58,698 nucleotides of DNA from a virus (Duplodnaviria; Caudoviricetes), in the IMG/VR virus record IMGVR_UViG_3300029827_000002, positions 1 through 58,698 of that record. One strand, 5' to 3'. The position numbers and the translations under genes are program-made. The notes beneath the pieces were generated by a model that did no database searches, was not told where the DNA came from, and was given only the letters and a program-made list of their open reading frames with translations. This document shows positions 48,391 to 58,103 of this stretch, in pieces (position 1 is the stretch's first letter; every line of letters starts with the position of its first letter).

Positions 48391-48639
48391 TTAAATTCTA
48401 TTATTTAAATTTTTAAAAGTTACATAGTGAACATTAAAGTTAAATTCTGCATTTTCAACAGTGCCACGATATTTAAAAACATAATTTTTTTTATTTGATT
48501 CTAAAAATTCAAAATCATCTTTTTCCTTTAAAAATTTAATAAAAGATTCTTTATATAATTTTTTTGAAAATCTTAATGTCGTATATCCAGTAACTTCATC
48601 TAATTTAAAACTTATTCCTAACATTTTAAATACCTCCAA
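48391..48639 (-). CDS. Hypothetical protein
   Basis: ORF in the early operon. Confidence 0.55.
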   Translation of the reverse strand: MEVFKMLGISFKLDEVTGYTTLRFSKKLYKESFIKFLKEKDDFEFLESNKKNYVFKYRGTVENAEFNFNVHYVTFKNLNNRI

Positions 48640-49165
48640 ACATTTTGATAAATTCTTGGGCTTTTATATTTAATTTATAGGAATGATCTTTAGGCAAGTA
48701 GCAAATCAATTTATATTCATAATCATCATAATTATGCTGACCATCCCATTGATTCCATGAATTATTTTTAATAAAAATTATATGAATTGAATTTATGTCA
48801 AATTCTGCATCCGATTGCTTATTTTCTGAATATGTAATATTGCCATTATCTGAATACCATTTATCTATACATTCGCCAAATATTATATTTGGTCCATATA
48901 GAATTTCGGCGGTTTCACGACAACCATCTTTGCCAGCCCATGAATGTTCATGAGATATATTATTCAACATACAGTATTCATTAAAACTTTTTGCTGTAGT
49001 ACAAGTTTGAATTTGATAATCCTTCCAAACATCAAGCTTTTTAACAGCTTGTTTTAAATGTTGAATATTTATTTTCCCTTCAGTTTTTTCTAATAATTCG
49101 GCAGCTAATAAAGCCACCTTTTCTATTCTCTTTTCTTCTTTAAACATTCTTAATTTTCTTTTCAT
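48626..49165 (-). CDS. Hypothetical protein
   Basis: AGGAGG RBS, 179 aa. Confidence 0.65.
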   Translation of the reverse strand: MKRKLRMFKEEKRIEKVALLAAELLEKTEGKINIQHLKQAVKKLDVWKDYQIQTCTTAKSFNEYCMLNNISHEHSWAGKDGCRETAEILYGPNIIFGECIDKWYSDNGNITYSENKQSDAEFDINSIHIIFIKNNSWNQWDGQHNYDDYEYKLICYLPKDHSYKLNIKAQEFIKMFGGI

Positions 49166-49189
49166 TGTATAAATCCTCCTATTTTTTTA

Positions 49190-49468
49190 TTATTCTCGAT
49201 ATCCATCATATATTTCAATGAAATATTCATTTTGATTTTTATTTTTATGTAATAAAAGTCCTTCAAATACAGAATTTTTATTATATTTTTTTATATCATC
49301 ATATAACTTAAATAAGATATAAATATTATTTGGAATTTCAATTTCAATAATATATTCATCATGAAATTCCCCATCCTCATAATTAATATTTATAATTTTT
49401 GCATATTTTTCAATAATTTCAATATATTCTTTCGGTGTCTCACAAGTGGAAATAATATTTATTTTCAT
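49190..49468 (-). CDS. Hypothetical phage protein
   Basis: AGGAGG RBS; ends IEIYDGYRE. Confidence 0.65.
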   Translation of the reverse strand: MKINIISTCETPKEYIEIIEKYAKIININYEDGEFHDEYIIEIEIPNNIYILFKLYDDIKKYNKNSVFEGLLLHKNKNQNEYFIEIYDGYRE

Positions 49469-49497
49469 AATATCCTCCTAAGAGGGGATTTTATCCC

Positions 49498-50964
49498 CTA
49501 TTCATTTAAATCAATTAATTCAAAATCAGATATTTCTTTACAAGTTAGTTTTCGATTATAGGTCAAAACTTCAAATTTATATTCTTTTTGATTCTCATGA
49601 TTTATTAATCCATTCATAGGTTGACAATAAGGCGAAAACCCTCTTGATCTATATGTATATTTAAATTTAGCTGATTTAATCCAATGAGGTATTACATTTA
49701 AAATATTTTCATTTATTAGTTCATTTAATGCAGCTTTTCCACCTAAAGGAATATATGGTGTTTGTCCGCTCATAGAAGCATAACCAAGATTTCTATGAAA
49801 TATTGTATATTCATTTTCATAAGTAAGATTTCCATTGCCAAATGTTATATCACCATCTAATTTCACTATTTTAAAATCTTTAATTTCAATTAATTCATTA
49901 TTATTATTTTCTTCTTTTTCTTCATTGGCATCTTTTAGAATTAAAGCAGTTAATTGATTTTTTACATATGTTCTACTTGTTGATTCGATCCTAGCTTCCT
50001 TTGTAACAATCTTAGTTGACATATTATCAATATCACTTATAGCATATTCAGGAAAACAGTTAACTCTATGTCCTCCTATTTCTTCAACGTCATAATAAAT
50101 TGCTAATTTATTAATTGTTACATTAACTACTTTATACCATCCTTCATTAATAGCCATGTCCTCATACTTATAAAGAACTTGACCAATTTGATATTTAGCA
50201 TTTTCTTTTTTAACTTCTTCAATTGATTCATTATTTTCATTATTATTTTCTTCTTCTTCAATTAATTTCATTCTTTCGTCATAACCTTTAGAAACTATTT
50301 CGATTCTTTCGTCATGATCTTTATCAAGTAAAACATTTATTTGATTATAAACATATGATTCATTTGTTGCCTTGATCTTAGCTTCCATTGTTACAATTCT
50401 TGTTGATCCGTTAAGTCGATCAATTTCACCTATACAATATTCAGGATAATTATTTTTTCTATTTCCGCCAATTTCTTCGACATCATAGAATATTCCAAAT
50501 TTATCAATTGTTATGTTTATAACTCGATACCATCCCGAATCATTCGCCATATCTCCACAATTGTAAAGATATTGACCTATTTTATATTTAGAAATTTCTT
50601 TTTTATCTTCTTCAACTTCTTTAACTTCTTCTTTTTTATCTTCAATTTTTTTAAATGCTTTTTCAATTTCATTTTCTCTTATATCTTGTTTGCTTCTCAA
50701 ATATCCATATTTAATTCTATCTTCAATATATTTCAAAGTATAACTGCCAAATTCTTCGTAGCCATTAAAGCTTGTTGCGGCTTTATCAGCTTCTATAATA
50801 CTATCTATTGATATTTGATCTTCCATTGAAAATGTTTTTTCATTTAAATCTTCATACCAAAATTCAGAATATCTCCAACTTTTACCTATTTTCCAAACAT
50901 AAATAATAGCAATGCCTTCTCTTAAAAGTTCTTGAATTTCTTTTGATAATTTTGATAATGTCAT
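49498..50964 (-). CDS. Multidomain early protein with internal duplication and C-terminal DarA_C-like domain
   Basis: Two KY.IGQ.LY...GWY.V...YDVEEIGG...PEY repeats; C-terminal YTYRSRGFSP..QP...LTYNRKLT..EI.DFEL. Confidence 0.7.
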   Translation of the reverse strand: MTLSKLSKEIQELLREGIAIIYVWKIGKSWRYSEFWYEDLNEKTFSMEDQISIDSIIEADKAATSFNGYEEFGSYTLKYIEDRIKYGYLRSKQDIRENEIEKAFKKIEDKKEEVKEVEEDKKEISKYKIGQYLYNCGDMANDSGWYRVINITIDKFGIFYDVEEIGGNRKNNYPEYCIGEIDRLNGSTRIVTMEAKIKATNESYVYNQINVLLDKDHDERIEIVSKGYDERMKLIEEEENNNENNESIEEVKKENAKYQIGQVLYKYEDMAINEGWYKVVNVTINKLAIYYDVEEIGGHRVNCFPEYAISDIDNMSTKIVTKEARIESTSRTYVKNQLTALILKDANEEKEENNNNELIEIKDFKIVKLDGDITFGNGNLTYENEYTIFHRNLGYASMSGQTPYIPLGGKAALNELINENILNVIPHWIKSAKFKYTYRSRGFSPYCQPMNGLINHENQKEYKFEVLTYNRKLTCKEISDFELIDLNE

Positions 50965-51011
50965 AATATATCTGCCTCCTTAAGGTTTTTTTTGTTTTTC
51001 TCTATGACTCT

Positions 51012-51040
51012 ATTATATTACATGGAATCTATTTTGTCAA
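51012..51040 (-). promoter_or_regulatory. Consensus sigma-A promoter, copy 3
   Basis: TTGACA-aaatagattccatgtaa-TATAAT. Confidence 0.9.
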
Positions 51041-51049
51041 TAAGAACAT

Positions 51050-51210
51050 AAAAAAAAGATACATTTTCATGTATCTATCTAAAAATTCGTATTTATTAAA
51101 TCATTTACTTACTTAATATTTAGCTGGTCGCTCTAGCTAAATATACCTTTTATAAGGAGACAGAATATGATTAAATTGAAATTTAATTATATTCTGGTTT
51201 AAATACTACA
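51050..51210 (-). ncRNA. Candidate ~160-nt structured small RNA
   Basis: Own consensus promoter, hairpins at 51161-51196 and 51116-51144, terminator at 51050-51076, no RBS-led ORF seen on this strand. Confidence 0.6.
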
Positions 51211-51216
51211 GCCTCT

Positions 51217-51245
51217 ATTATATTACATTGATTCTATTTTGTCAA
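51217..51245 (-). promoter_or_regulatory. Consensus sigma-A promoter, copy 4
   Basis: TTGACA-aaatagaatcaatgtaa-TATAAT. Confidence 0.9.
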
Positions 51246-51353
51246 TAAGATTTATGATTTATGCAATTATATATAATTAATTTTACAATAGTTTTTATTC
51301 CATTATTATTGTAACTATGGTAGAATTATATTAAATGATTTTTGGAGGCTAAA

Positions 51354-51518
51354 ATGAAAAATAATAAAAAAGAAGCTCGAACTTATTTATTAACAAAAGA
51401 TATCATTGAAGCGATTGAAAAAGCTTCAAATATTAATAAGATCGGCGATAGTAAAAACACTATTGTAAAAAAATGTATTATATTTGGATTGAAAGAATTA
51501 TACGATATTCAAATATAA
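51354..51518 (+). CDS. Ribbon-helix-helix-like protein (54 aa)
   Basis: Manual translation EARTYLLTKDIIEAIEKAS...SKNTIVKKCIIFGLKEL; GGAGG RBS. Confidence 0.65.
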   Translation: MKNNKKEARTYLLTKDIIEAIEKASNINKIGDSKNTIVKKCIIFGLKELYDIQI

Positions 51519-51541
51519 AAATAAAGAAAGGATAAAATATA

Positions 51542-51958
51542 ATGAAAAATTTATTTAATGGCCTTAAAAGTTTAATTTTAAGACCAAAATTAGTTAAAAT
51601 AATATTTTTAGTTGTAATAATTGTATTTATGTATAACATTTATAATATTTTACAAACTGAAAAAAATCCAGCATATTATTTTTGTTTTTATCTTGCCATT
51701 CCTGCTTATTTATATATTCTAGGAATGATTAACCAAGAAAAAGAAGAAAAAATGTCAGTTAAAGAAAATTCTTTGCCTGCAGTTCAAGAAAATAATATTC
51801 CAGTTGATGAATTTAATGATCAACAAAATGACATAGATAAATTAGAAAAACGAATTATAAAAACCTCAAGAACTGAAGAAATAGAAACAATATATTTTAG
51901 AGGTGGACAGGCATATAGAAACAAAGAAACATATTACTTTAATAGGGAGGGAAATTAA
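51542..51958 (+). CDS. Membrane protein (two TM)
   Basis: Two hydrophobic segments followed by a soluble tail. Confidence 0.7.
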   Translation: MKNLFNGLKSLILRPKLVKIIFLVVIIVFMYNIYNILQTEKNPAYYFCFYLAIPAYLYILGMINQEKEEKMSVKENSLPAVQENNIPVDEFNDQQNDIDKLEKRIIKTSRTEEIETIYFRGGQAYRNKETYYFNREGN

Positions 51959-52198
51959 ATGTTATTTTCAAATGTAATAGAGAACTTAATTAATAGTTTA
52001 ACAGGGTCTATTTCACTATGTATTGCCGTTCTAGGCGTTGTGGCAATAGCATGGTACGTTATAAACTCAAAATTTAAATTTTTATCAGCAGTTCTAACAT
52101 TTTTGTTGATAGCGATTTTAAGCTATTTGGCTTTTAATCCAAATTTAATTCAAGAAATAGGTGGAAAATTATTTTTTATGATATATGAAGGGATCTGA
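51959..52198 (+). CDS. Small hydrophobic two-TM protein
   Basis: 79 aa, two TM helices, GGGAGGG RBS. Confidence 0.7.
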   Translation: MLFSNVIENLINSLTGSISLCIAVLGVVAIAWYVINSKFKFLSAVLTFLLIAILSYLAFNPNLIQEIGGKLFFMIYEGI

Positions 52199-52203
52199 TT
52201 AAA

Positions 52204-54033
52204 TTGAAAATTTTAAATAAAAAAAATAAGCCTAAAAAAAAATTAAGCACTATTATAATTAAATTCTTTGTTAAATACCTAATGGTAGCTCTAAAATTTA
52301 TATTTAGAGCTACCATTAAAGGTTTTACCTCGGATCAATGTATACTATTTAAAAATAGAAAGAAGATTAAAATTATAAACTTTATATCCCTAAGTATTAT
52401 TTTAATTTTATCATATTTTAATATAGCATGGGTTAAATTAATCTTTTTTTTCACTTTAAAAGGATTTATTTTAATGTTGCATAATTCTAAGCAAAATATT
52501 AAAACGCTTAAAATTAAGCAAAAATATAAGAGATTATCGAATGAATTTTTTGATAACAAATTAGAGGTTGTTTATTTTGATAATGAAAAAATAACAATAA
52601 TATCAAATGAATTAACTATTGAGGATATTATTAAGTCTAAAAGTAAGTTTGAATTATTCTTTAATAGAAAGATATCTTTTATAAAAAATCAACAAAAGAA
52701 TCTTAGGTATATTGATCTATATTTTTCAAAAGAAACAAAATTTAAGGATTGTTATCCTTTTGAAGAATATATAAATAAAATAGATGAAAAAGAAATAAAA
52801 AATAAATCAATTCCAGCAGTTATTGGAGTTGATGAAAAAGAAAACACTGTAATAATTGACTTTGCAAAAGTAAAAAATTTGTTTATAGCTGGTGAACCCG
52901 GTGGAGGAAAATCCGTTTTAACAAATGTCATAATACAATCGTTAATGATCTTAAACAATAATATTATGTTTATCATGGTCGATCTAAAAGAAGGAGTAGA
53001 GTTAAGCGATTATGATAATTTTAGAAATACTATAGTTGTCAGTAATACAAAAGAGCTATGCAGCATAATAAATAAAATAAATGAAATCATGATCGATAGA
53101 TTACAAAGAATTAGAAAAATGGACAACTGCAAAAATTATTTTGACTATAATAATAAAAAAAATACCGAAAACATGTCGGAAATTTTTCTGATAATTGATG
53201 AATTAGCCGAAATAAAGTTAAATTCATCCAGTAAGGGGCGATCAGAAGAGGAGACACAACTATTACAAATAGGTCAAAAAGCACGAGCCGCCGGGATATA
53301 TATCGTCGGAGCTACACAAAGACCGAGTGGAGAACAAATAAATACAGATTTTAGAGCTATATTTCAAAAGGCGATATCTTTCTGTATTTCAACAAAAGAA
53401 ACCCAGCGAATGACTAAAGTTCCAGACACTGAAAAATTAAAGCCTGGTGAATTTAAAACTAATATCTGGAATCAAACTTCAAGAATTTATAAAGCTTTTT
53501 TAGTAGATTCCAAACATAATAAAATTTATTATGATTTAAAACATGTTCTAAAAGATGAAAAAATACTCATAAATATACTGGAAAAAAAGAAAACTAAACA
53601 CTATAATTTCTTCCAAAGAATAGTTAACAAGTTTAACAAAGGTTATGACAAAAAGTTAGTACAAGCCTTTGATTGGTACAATTATTTAAAAACTGTTCCT
53701 AGCTCAGTAAAAATGCAGATTTCAGAGATTAAAAAATTAGTACAAAATGATAATAATTCCATAGAAAATCCTCAAATTCAACATGGGGATAACTACTTTT
53801 TACTTTTAAAATTTTTGCTGGAAAATAAACAGGAAAATAATTTGATTCCAGCAAGCAATAAAATAATAAAATCTTTGAAATTATCCGAAAGAAAAAAGAA
53901 AGAATTATTAACAAAAGCACTCGAAGAAAATTATATTAAAAAAAGAGGAAAAACAAGATTTGAGATAAATGATTGTGAAAAGTGGAATGATATTAAAGAA
54001 TCTATTAAAACAAAACCTACCAAACCCAACTAA
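52204..54033 (+). CDS. FtsK/SpoIIIE-family DNA translocase (TcpA/TraB-like)
   Basis: N-terminal TMs; AGEPGGGKS, VDLKEGVEL, LIIDELAE and ARAAGI..VGATQRPS motifs; C-terminal wHTH-like region. Confidence 0.9.
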   Translation: MKILNKKNKPKKKLSTIIIKFFVKYLMVALKFIFRATIKGFTSDQCILFKNRKKIKIINFISLSIILILSYFNIAWVKLIFFFTLKGFILMLHNSKQNIKTLKIKQKYKRLSNEFFDNKLEVVYFDNEKITIISNELTIEDIIKSKSKFELFFNRKISFIKNQQKNLRYIDLYFSKETKFKDCYPFEEYINKIDEKEIKNKSIPAVIGVDEKENTVIIDFAKVKNLFIAGEPGGGKSVLTNVIIQSLMILNNNIMFIMVDLKEGVELSDYDNFRNTIVVSNTKELCSIINKINEIMIDRLQRIRKMDNCKNYFDYNNKKNTENMSEIFLIIDELAEIKLNSSSKGRSEEETQLLQIGQKARAAGIYIVGATQRPSGEQINTDFRAIFQKAISFCISTKETQRMTKVPDTEKLKPGEFKTNIWNQTSRIYKAFLVDSKHNKIYYDLKHVLKDEKILINILEKKKTKHYNFFQRIVNKFNKGYDKKLVQAFDWYNYLKTVPSSVKMQISEIKKLVQNDNNSIENPQIQHGDNYFLLLKFLLENKQENNLIPASNKIIKSLKLSERKKKELLTKALEENYIKKRGKTRFEINDCEKWNDIKESIKTKPTKPN

Positions 54034-54037
54034 TTTA

Positions 54038-54082
54038 AAATTGATGTTATCTTTTTAACTCTGAGGATAACATCAATTTTTT
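54038..54082 (+). terminator. Intrinsic terminator after the FtsK-like gene
   Basis: AAAATTGATGTTATC...GATAACATCAATTTTT. Confidence 0.75.
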
Positions 54083-54088
54083 ATTCTA

Positions 54089-54580
54089 GTTACATGCCAG
54101 TTACATGATGCAATAAATTCCTTTTAATTGAAAAAAGTATTTCCATTTATATAATAATCTAGCTGTTACCTTACAATTTATAGAAGGTAACACTAACATT
54201 TTCATAAGTTAGATAAATTCAAGCTTAAAAAGCCTATTATATATATATATATTACTGTTACTTTTTTAAATATTATAAGGTAACACAAACTAGAATAGTC
54301 ATAATCATATTTTCATTGATTTTGTTACCTTGTAACCCAAAATAAATAATGCTTTTCACATGGGGACACTTCCAAATATTTCTAAATAAGTCTATATATA
54401 AGTCTATAACTTAAATACAATTTTTGTTTATATCAAATTATATACTATTCTATATATAGTTATATGCATCTTTTTTTTGGGTTACAAGGTAACACGCTAT
54501 TCAACACTAGTCTATCACTGTATTGTAGCTGTTACCAATAAAGGTAACACAAAGGTAACAGCAATTCAAAAAGGTAACAG
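54089..54580. repeat. Putative replication origin: GTAAC/GTTAC iterons flanking an AT-rich core
   Basis: About 14 GTTAC/GTAAC copies (often AAGGTAACA); 20-bp inverted repeat at 54323-54342/54475-54494; upstream of the helicase. Confidence 0.75.
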
Positions 54581-54615
54581 TAAAAAAATGTAATAAAAAT
54601 TGCTATTATTTATAC

Positions 54616-54644
54616 TTGATAAATATTATTAATATCTATATAAT
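54616..54644 (+). promoter_or_regulatory. Sigma-A-like promoter of the replication operon
   Basis: TTGATA-17 bp-TATAAT. Confidence 0.7.
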
Positions 54645-54682
54645 ATAAATACGAAAAAAACAAAATAAAGAGGTGAAATTAA

Positions 54683-54943
54683 ATGAATGGAAAATATTTT
54701 GATTATTTGTTAAGTTTAAAAGGTTTGAAAAGGAAAAATGTAGCACAAAAATTAGGAATAGCCCAAACAACTTTAAACAAAAAAATAAAAGGTGATATAA
54801 GAATAACACTTGAAGAAATAATATCTATTATGAAATTACTTAATATGTCTTTTGACGAAATATTTATAAAATGCAATAATAATTCAACCAATATGGAGAC
54901 AAGAGGTGGAGTTAATGAAAACTTCCATAGTTCAAAATTATGA
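54683..54943 (+). CDS. Cro/XRE-like HTH protein
   Basis: KGLKRKNVAQKLGIAQTTLNKKIKG...ITLEEI...L....DEIF. Confidence 0.85.
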   Translation: MNGKYFDYLLSLKGLKRKNVAQKLGIAQTTLNKKIKGDIRITLEEIISIMKLLNMSFDEIFIKCNNNSTNMETRGGVNENFHSSKL

Positions 54944-56696
54944 AGAAAAAATGTATGTTAAAACTGTAATATATGCTAAAAATTCAGAAACTTATAGCAT
55001 ATCAAATTTTATAATGGAAGCCGAAGAAATAATACAATCAAATGATTCAATCGAATTACATATAAAATTTAAAAGAAAAAAATTACTCAATGATACTAAT
55101 GAACAAATTTTAATATTTACAAGTGATGATTTTCAAGATACAAAAAAATTTCGCAAAAAAATGAATAGCCAAAACATGGAATATATGTTTACAGGAAATG
55201 ATGCTGATCTAGAATATATAAAATCTAAAATTGTTTTAGGATGTGAAATAAATAAAATAGGACTCAATTATATTGGATTGGTTAAAAATAAAGATCAATG
55301 GCAATATATTGATAAAAAAGGAAATAATCAATTTATAACTTTAGACAATAATATTTTAAATTCTAATTTTGATTTGGATGAATTACCCACTGAAGATGAA
55401 TTAAAAGAAATTGCTAAAGGTCTATTTAATTTTAATGATAACAATATAGTATATCCCTCTTTATGCTCAGCAGTAAATTGCATTTTAAATGAAAGATTAT
55501 TTAATCTAAAAATTAAAATACCTATATTAAATATGACTGGTGAGAGTGGATCAGGTAAAAGCACGACATTTGAAACAATTATATCTAATATATGTCATTG
55601 CGAAAAGCCAGAAGTAGCAGCTAATATTAAGGAATTTGCGGCTGTTAGGCTATTATCTTCAAGTAATATAATTCCTTTTACAATCGAAGAATACAAAGAA
55701 TATAAATTAAATAGTCATAGAAGAGATTTAATTTCGGCTCTTGTTCGATCTGTTTACGACAAGCATAATACAAGGCGTGGGAAAATGGATCAGTCATTAA
55801 ATGATTATAATTTAATTGCACCAATGATAATTGTTGGTGAATCTTCATTTGACGAGACAGCAATCAAAGAAAGAACTATTGTTATTATGTTTTCTAAAAA
55901 CAATTTGAAAGAAGAATACAATAAATCAATGACATTATTAAAAAACAACTCAGATATACTTTATAAATTAGGAAACTTAATATTAAAAGAAGTAATAAAC
56001 GTTGAAGATAAAACCATCACTGAAATATATAAAAATTATATAAATTTCAATGATGATTTTCCCGACAGAATAAAATCTAACGTATCAATATCAATGATAT
56101 CTTATCATATTTTACATAAAATTTTTAGTAAAATTTGTAACATGAAACCTGAAAAAGAAGTTTTTGAAATAATAAAAACTTCTCAAAAAGAATTTAATTT
56201 AAATGATGCTCCAATAATCTCAGTTGTAGAAAATACTTTTGAAATTATTTCAAATATGATTGAAGAACAAATATTAAAAGAAAGGTTTGATTATGTATTA
56301 AAAGATCAAACAATATGTTTAAGACTTCCAATAGTTTACAATAAAATAACAAAATATATAAAAGAATATAATATTCAATCTGAAGTATATAACAAAAAAA
56401 GTTCATTTGCTAGTCAAGTAGAAAGAAGTCAATATTTTATAAGCAAAAATACAGCAATAAGAGCCGAATGGAATAATAAAACACCATCATCTTGTAAGAA
56501 GTGTTATGTTTTTGATCTTGAAAAAATAGCTGCATCAATTGATTTTTGTTTATGTCAATCTAATGAAGATATAATTAATGAAGAAAATAAAAATAAAACC
56601 CCTTATTTATTCGATAAGGACAAATTTTCTTTAGAAGGAATTAAAAATGATTTACCAATGTTAGATGATTTACCATTGCCGCCTAAAATAAAATAA
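54906..56696 (+). CDS. Replicative helicase/initiator (DUF927/Cch-like P-loop ATPase)
   Basis: TGESGSGKST, FTIEEY, RRGK and IIVGE...AIKER motifs; probable start ATG 54915. Confidence 0.8.
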   Translation: MELMKTSIVQNYEEKMYVKTVIYAKNSETYSISNFIMEAEEIIQSNDSIELHIKFKRKKLLNDTNEQILIFTSDDFQDTKKFRKKMNSQNMEYMFTGNDADLEYIKSKIVLGCEINKIGLNYIGLVKNKDQWQYIDKKGNNQFITLDNNILNSNFDLDELPTEDELKEIAKGLFNFNDNNIVYPSLCSAVNCILNERLFNLKIKIPILNMTGESGSGKSTTFETIISNICHCEKPEVAANIKEFAAVRLLSSSNIIPFTIEEYKEYKLNSHRRDLISALVRSVYDKHNTRRGKMDQSLNDYNLIAPMIIVGESSFDETAIKERTIVIMFSKNNLKEEYNKSMTLLKNNSDILYKLGNLILKEVINVEDKTITEIYKNYINFNDDFPDRIKSNVSISMISYHILHKIFSKICNMKPEKEVFEIIKTSQKEFNLNDAPIISVVENTFEIISNMIEEQILKERFDYVLKDQTICLRLPIVYNKITKYIKEYNIQSEVYNKKSSFASQVERSQYFISKNTAIRAEWNNKTPSSCKKCYVFDLEKIAASIDFCLCQSNEDIINEENKNKTPYLFDKDKFSLEGIKNDLPMLDDLPLPPKIK

Positions 56697-56703
56697 AAAA
56701 GGA

Positions 56704-57072
56704 ATGATAAAAACAATGAAAGAAAAAATGAAAGCAATGATATTAAATTTATTAAAAGAAAGGAGCGAAGGTATAAGCTTCGCTCAAATAGAAGATATGT
56801 TTGAAGACAACAATATTAACTATAATGGAGATAATGTTGTTGGTCCATCAAGATATAAAAATATGTATTATTGGATTAATATGTCAGATGAATTTTCAGA
56901 GGCAATAATAGAACTTAAAGAAGAAGATAAGATAAAACTTAGTGTTTGTAATGTCATAATATATATGGCAGATGGAAAAATAATTAAATATCCATTAGCA
57001 AGAAAAGCCATTCAATATGAAGAGCCGCATTGGCTTCCAGTTATTATAAAAATGAAAGAGGTGAAAATATGA
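56704..57072 (+). CDS. Winged-helix-like protein resembling the SaPI post-replication 'pathogenicity island protein'
   Basis: SFAQIEDMFE..NINYNG...W..MS.EF..AI...YMADG...HWLPV pattern (recalled, not searched). Confidence 0.55.
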   Translation: MIKTMKEKMKAMILNLLKERSEGISFAQIEDMFEDNNINYNGDNVVGPSRYKNMYYWINMSDEFSEAIIELKEEDKIKLSVCNVIIYMADGKIIKYPLARKAIQYEEPHWLPVIIKMKEVKI

Positions 57073-57317
57073 ACTTTATAAAATTAAAGCAAATCAATGA
57101 AGATGCAAAATTAATCAATTTTTTCTTTTCAGGTCAATTAACAAAAGACTATGAAATAAAAGTTGATTCAAAAAAATTTGAAGTAGATAAACTTAATATT
57201 GCTTTAAATCAATTATATGAAAATAGCAAGTTAAGGCAACAATGGGAAGCTAAGAAAGAAGGGAAATTTATTGTTATCAGTCAATTGGATATCAATAAAA
57301 ATCTTAAAAAAAATTAA
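57069..57317 (+). CDS. Hypothetical protein
   Basis: ATG 57069 after GAGGTG. Confidence 0.55.
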   Translation: MNFIKLKQINEDAKLINFFFSGQLTKDYEIKVDSKKFEVDKLNIALNQLYENSKLRQQWEAKKEGKFIVISQLDINKNLKKN

Positions 57318-57358
57318 AATAGATTTTTAAAACTGAGAAAAAGAGAGGAGATTTTAAA

Positions 57359-57682
57359 ATGTATATTGAATACTGGATCGATAATAAAGATAGCGAAAAT
57401 GAATTACATTATATGAAGATTTCTAATACTGGAATTATTATTACAGGAATAACAAAAAAAGATACATTTAGACTATTAAAAGAAAGATTAAATCAATTTA
57501 TTACTGATTTTAAACAATTAAAAACAGTTGAAATTGGTAATATTCAAGAAAAGAATTCGCCTTATGAAGAAAAAATTAATATTATTCCTGAAATTATTAA
57601 AAGAGATAGAGATTTTGAGGATTATCTGGAACATAAAATAAGACAAGAAAAAAGAAAGGGGAAATTTACTAATGATAAATGA
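57359..57682 (+). CDS. Hypothetical protein
   Basis: GAGGAG RBS. Confidence 0.6.
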   Translation: MYIEYWIDNKDSENELHYMKISNTGIIITGITKKDTFRLLKERLNQFITDFKQLKTVEIGNIQEKNSPYEEKINIIPEIIKRDRDFEDYLEHKIRQEKRKGKFTNDK

Positions 57683-58103
57683 TATAGAAGTTGTAATCTG
57701 TCCTGAATGTTTAGAGGTAGATAAAAAAATAAATTGCTTTCTAAGTGAAAATGAATTTCAATGTAATGACTGTAATACAAAATTTACAATGGAAAATAAT
57801 TATACTGGCAGAATTTCAGATGGATATCATTCATTTAATGAACTGTACTATCATAAAATGATATTATTTTCTACTATTTGTAATATTTATAAAAACAAAT
57901 CTTGGAAAAGTAAATTTCATCATGACGGAACAATGTATAAAAATCATTTTATAGTTGGAGTATTAACTCCAAAAGGTCATTTTAGTTACCATTTTGAGCT
58001 TAAATATTGGGATATGTTTAAAATAGGTATTTATGATAAAGCTCCTAAATGGGATGGTCATGTATCAAAAGATATTGATAGATTGTTGAGTCTATTACCA
58101 TGA
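57672..58103 (+). CDS. Zn-ribbon + WDGH-motif phage protein
   Basis: CPEC...CNDC; SDGYHSFNELY...WKSKFHHDG...SYH...APKWDGH. Confidence 0.7.
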   Translation: MINDIEVVICPECLEVDKKINCFLSENEFQCNDCNTKFTMENNYTGRISDGYHSFNELYYHKMILFSTICNIYKNKSWKSKFHHDGTMYKNHFIVGVLTPKGHFSYHFELKYWDMFKIGIYDKAPKWDGHVSKDIDRLLSLLP

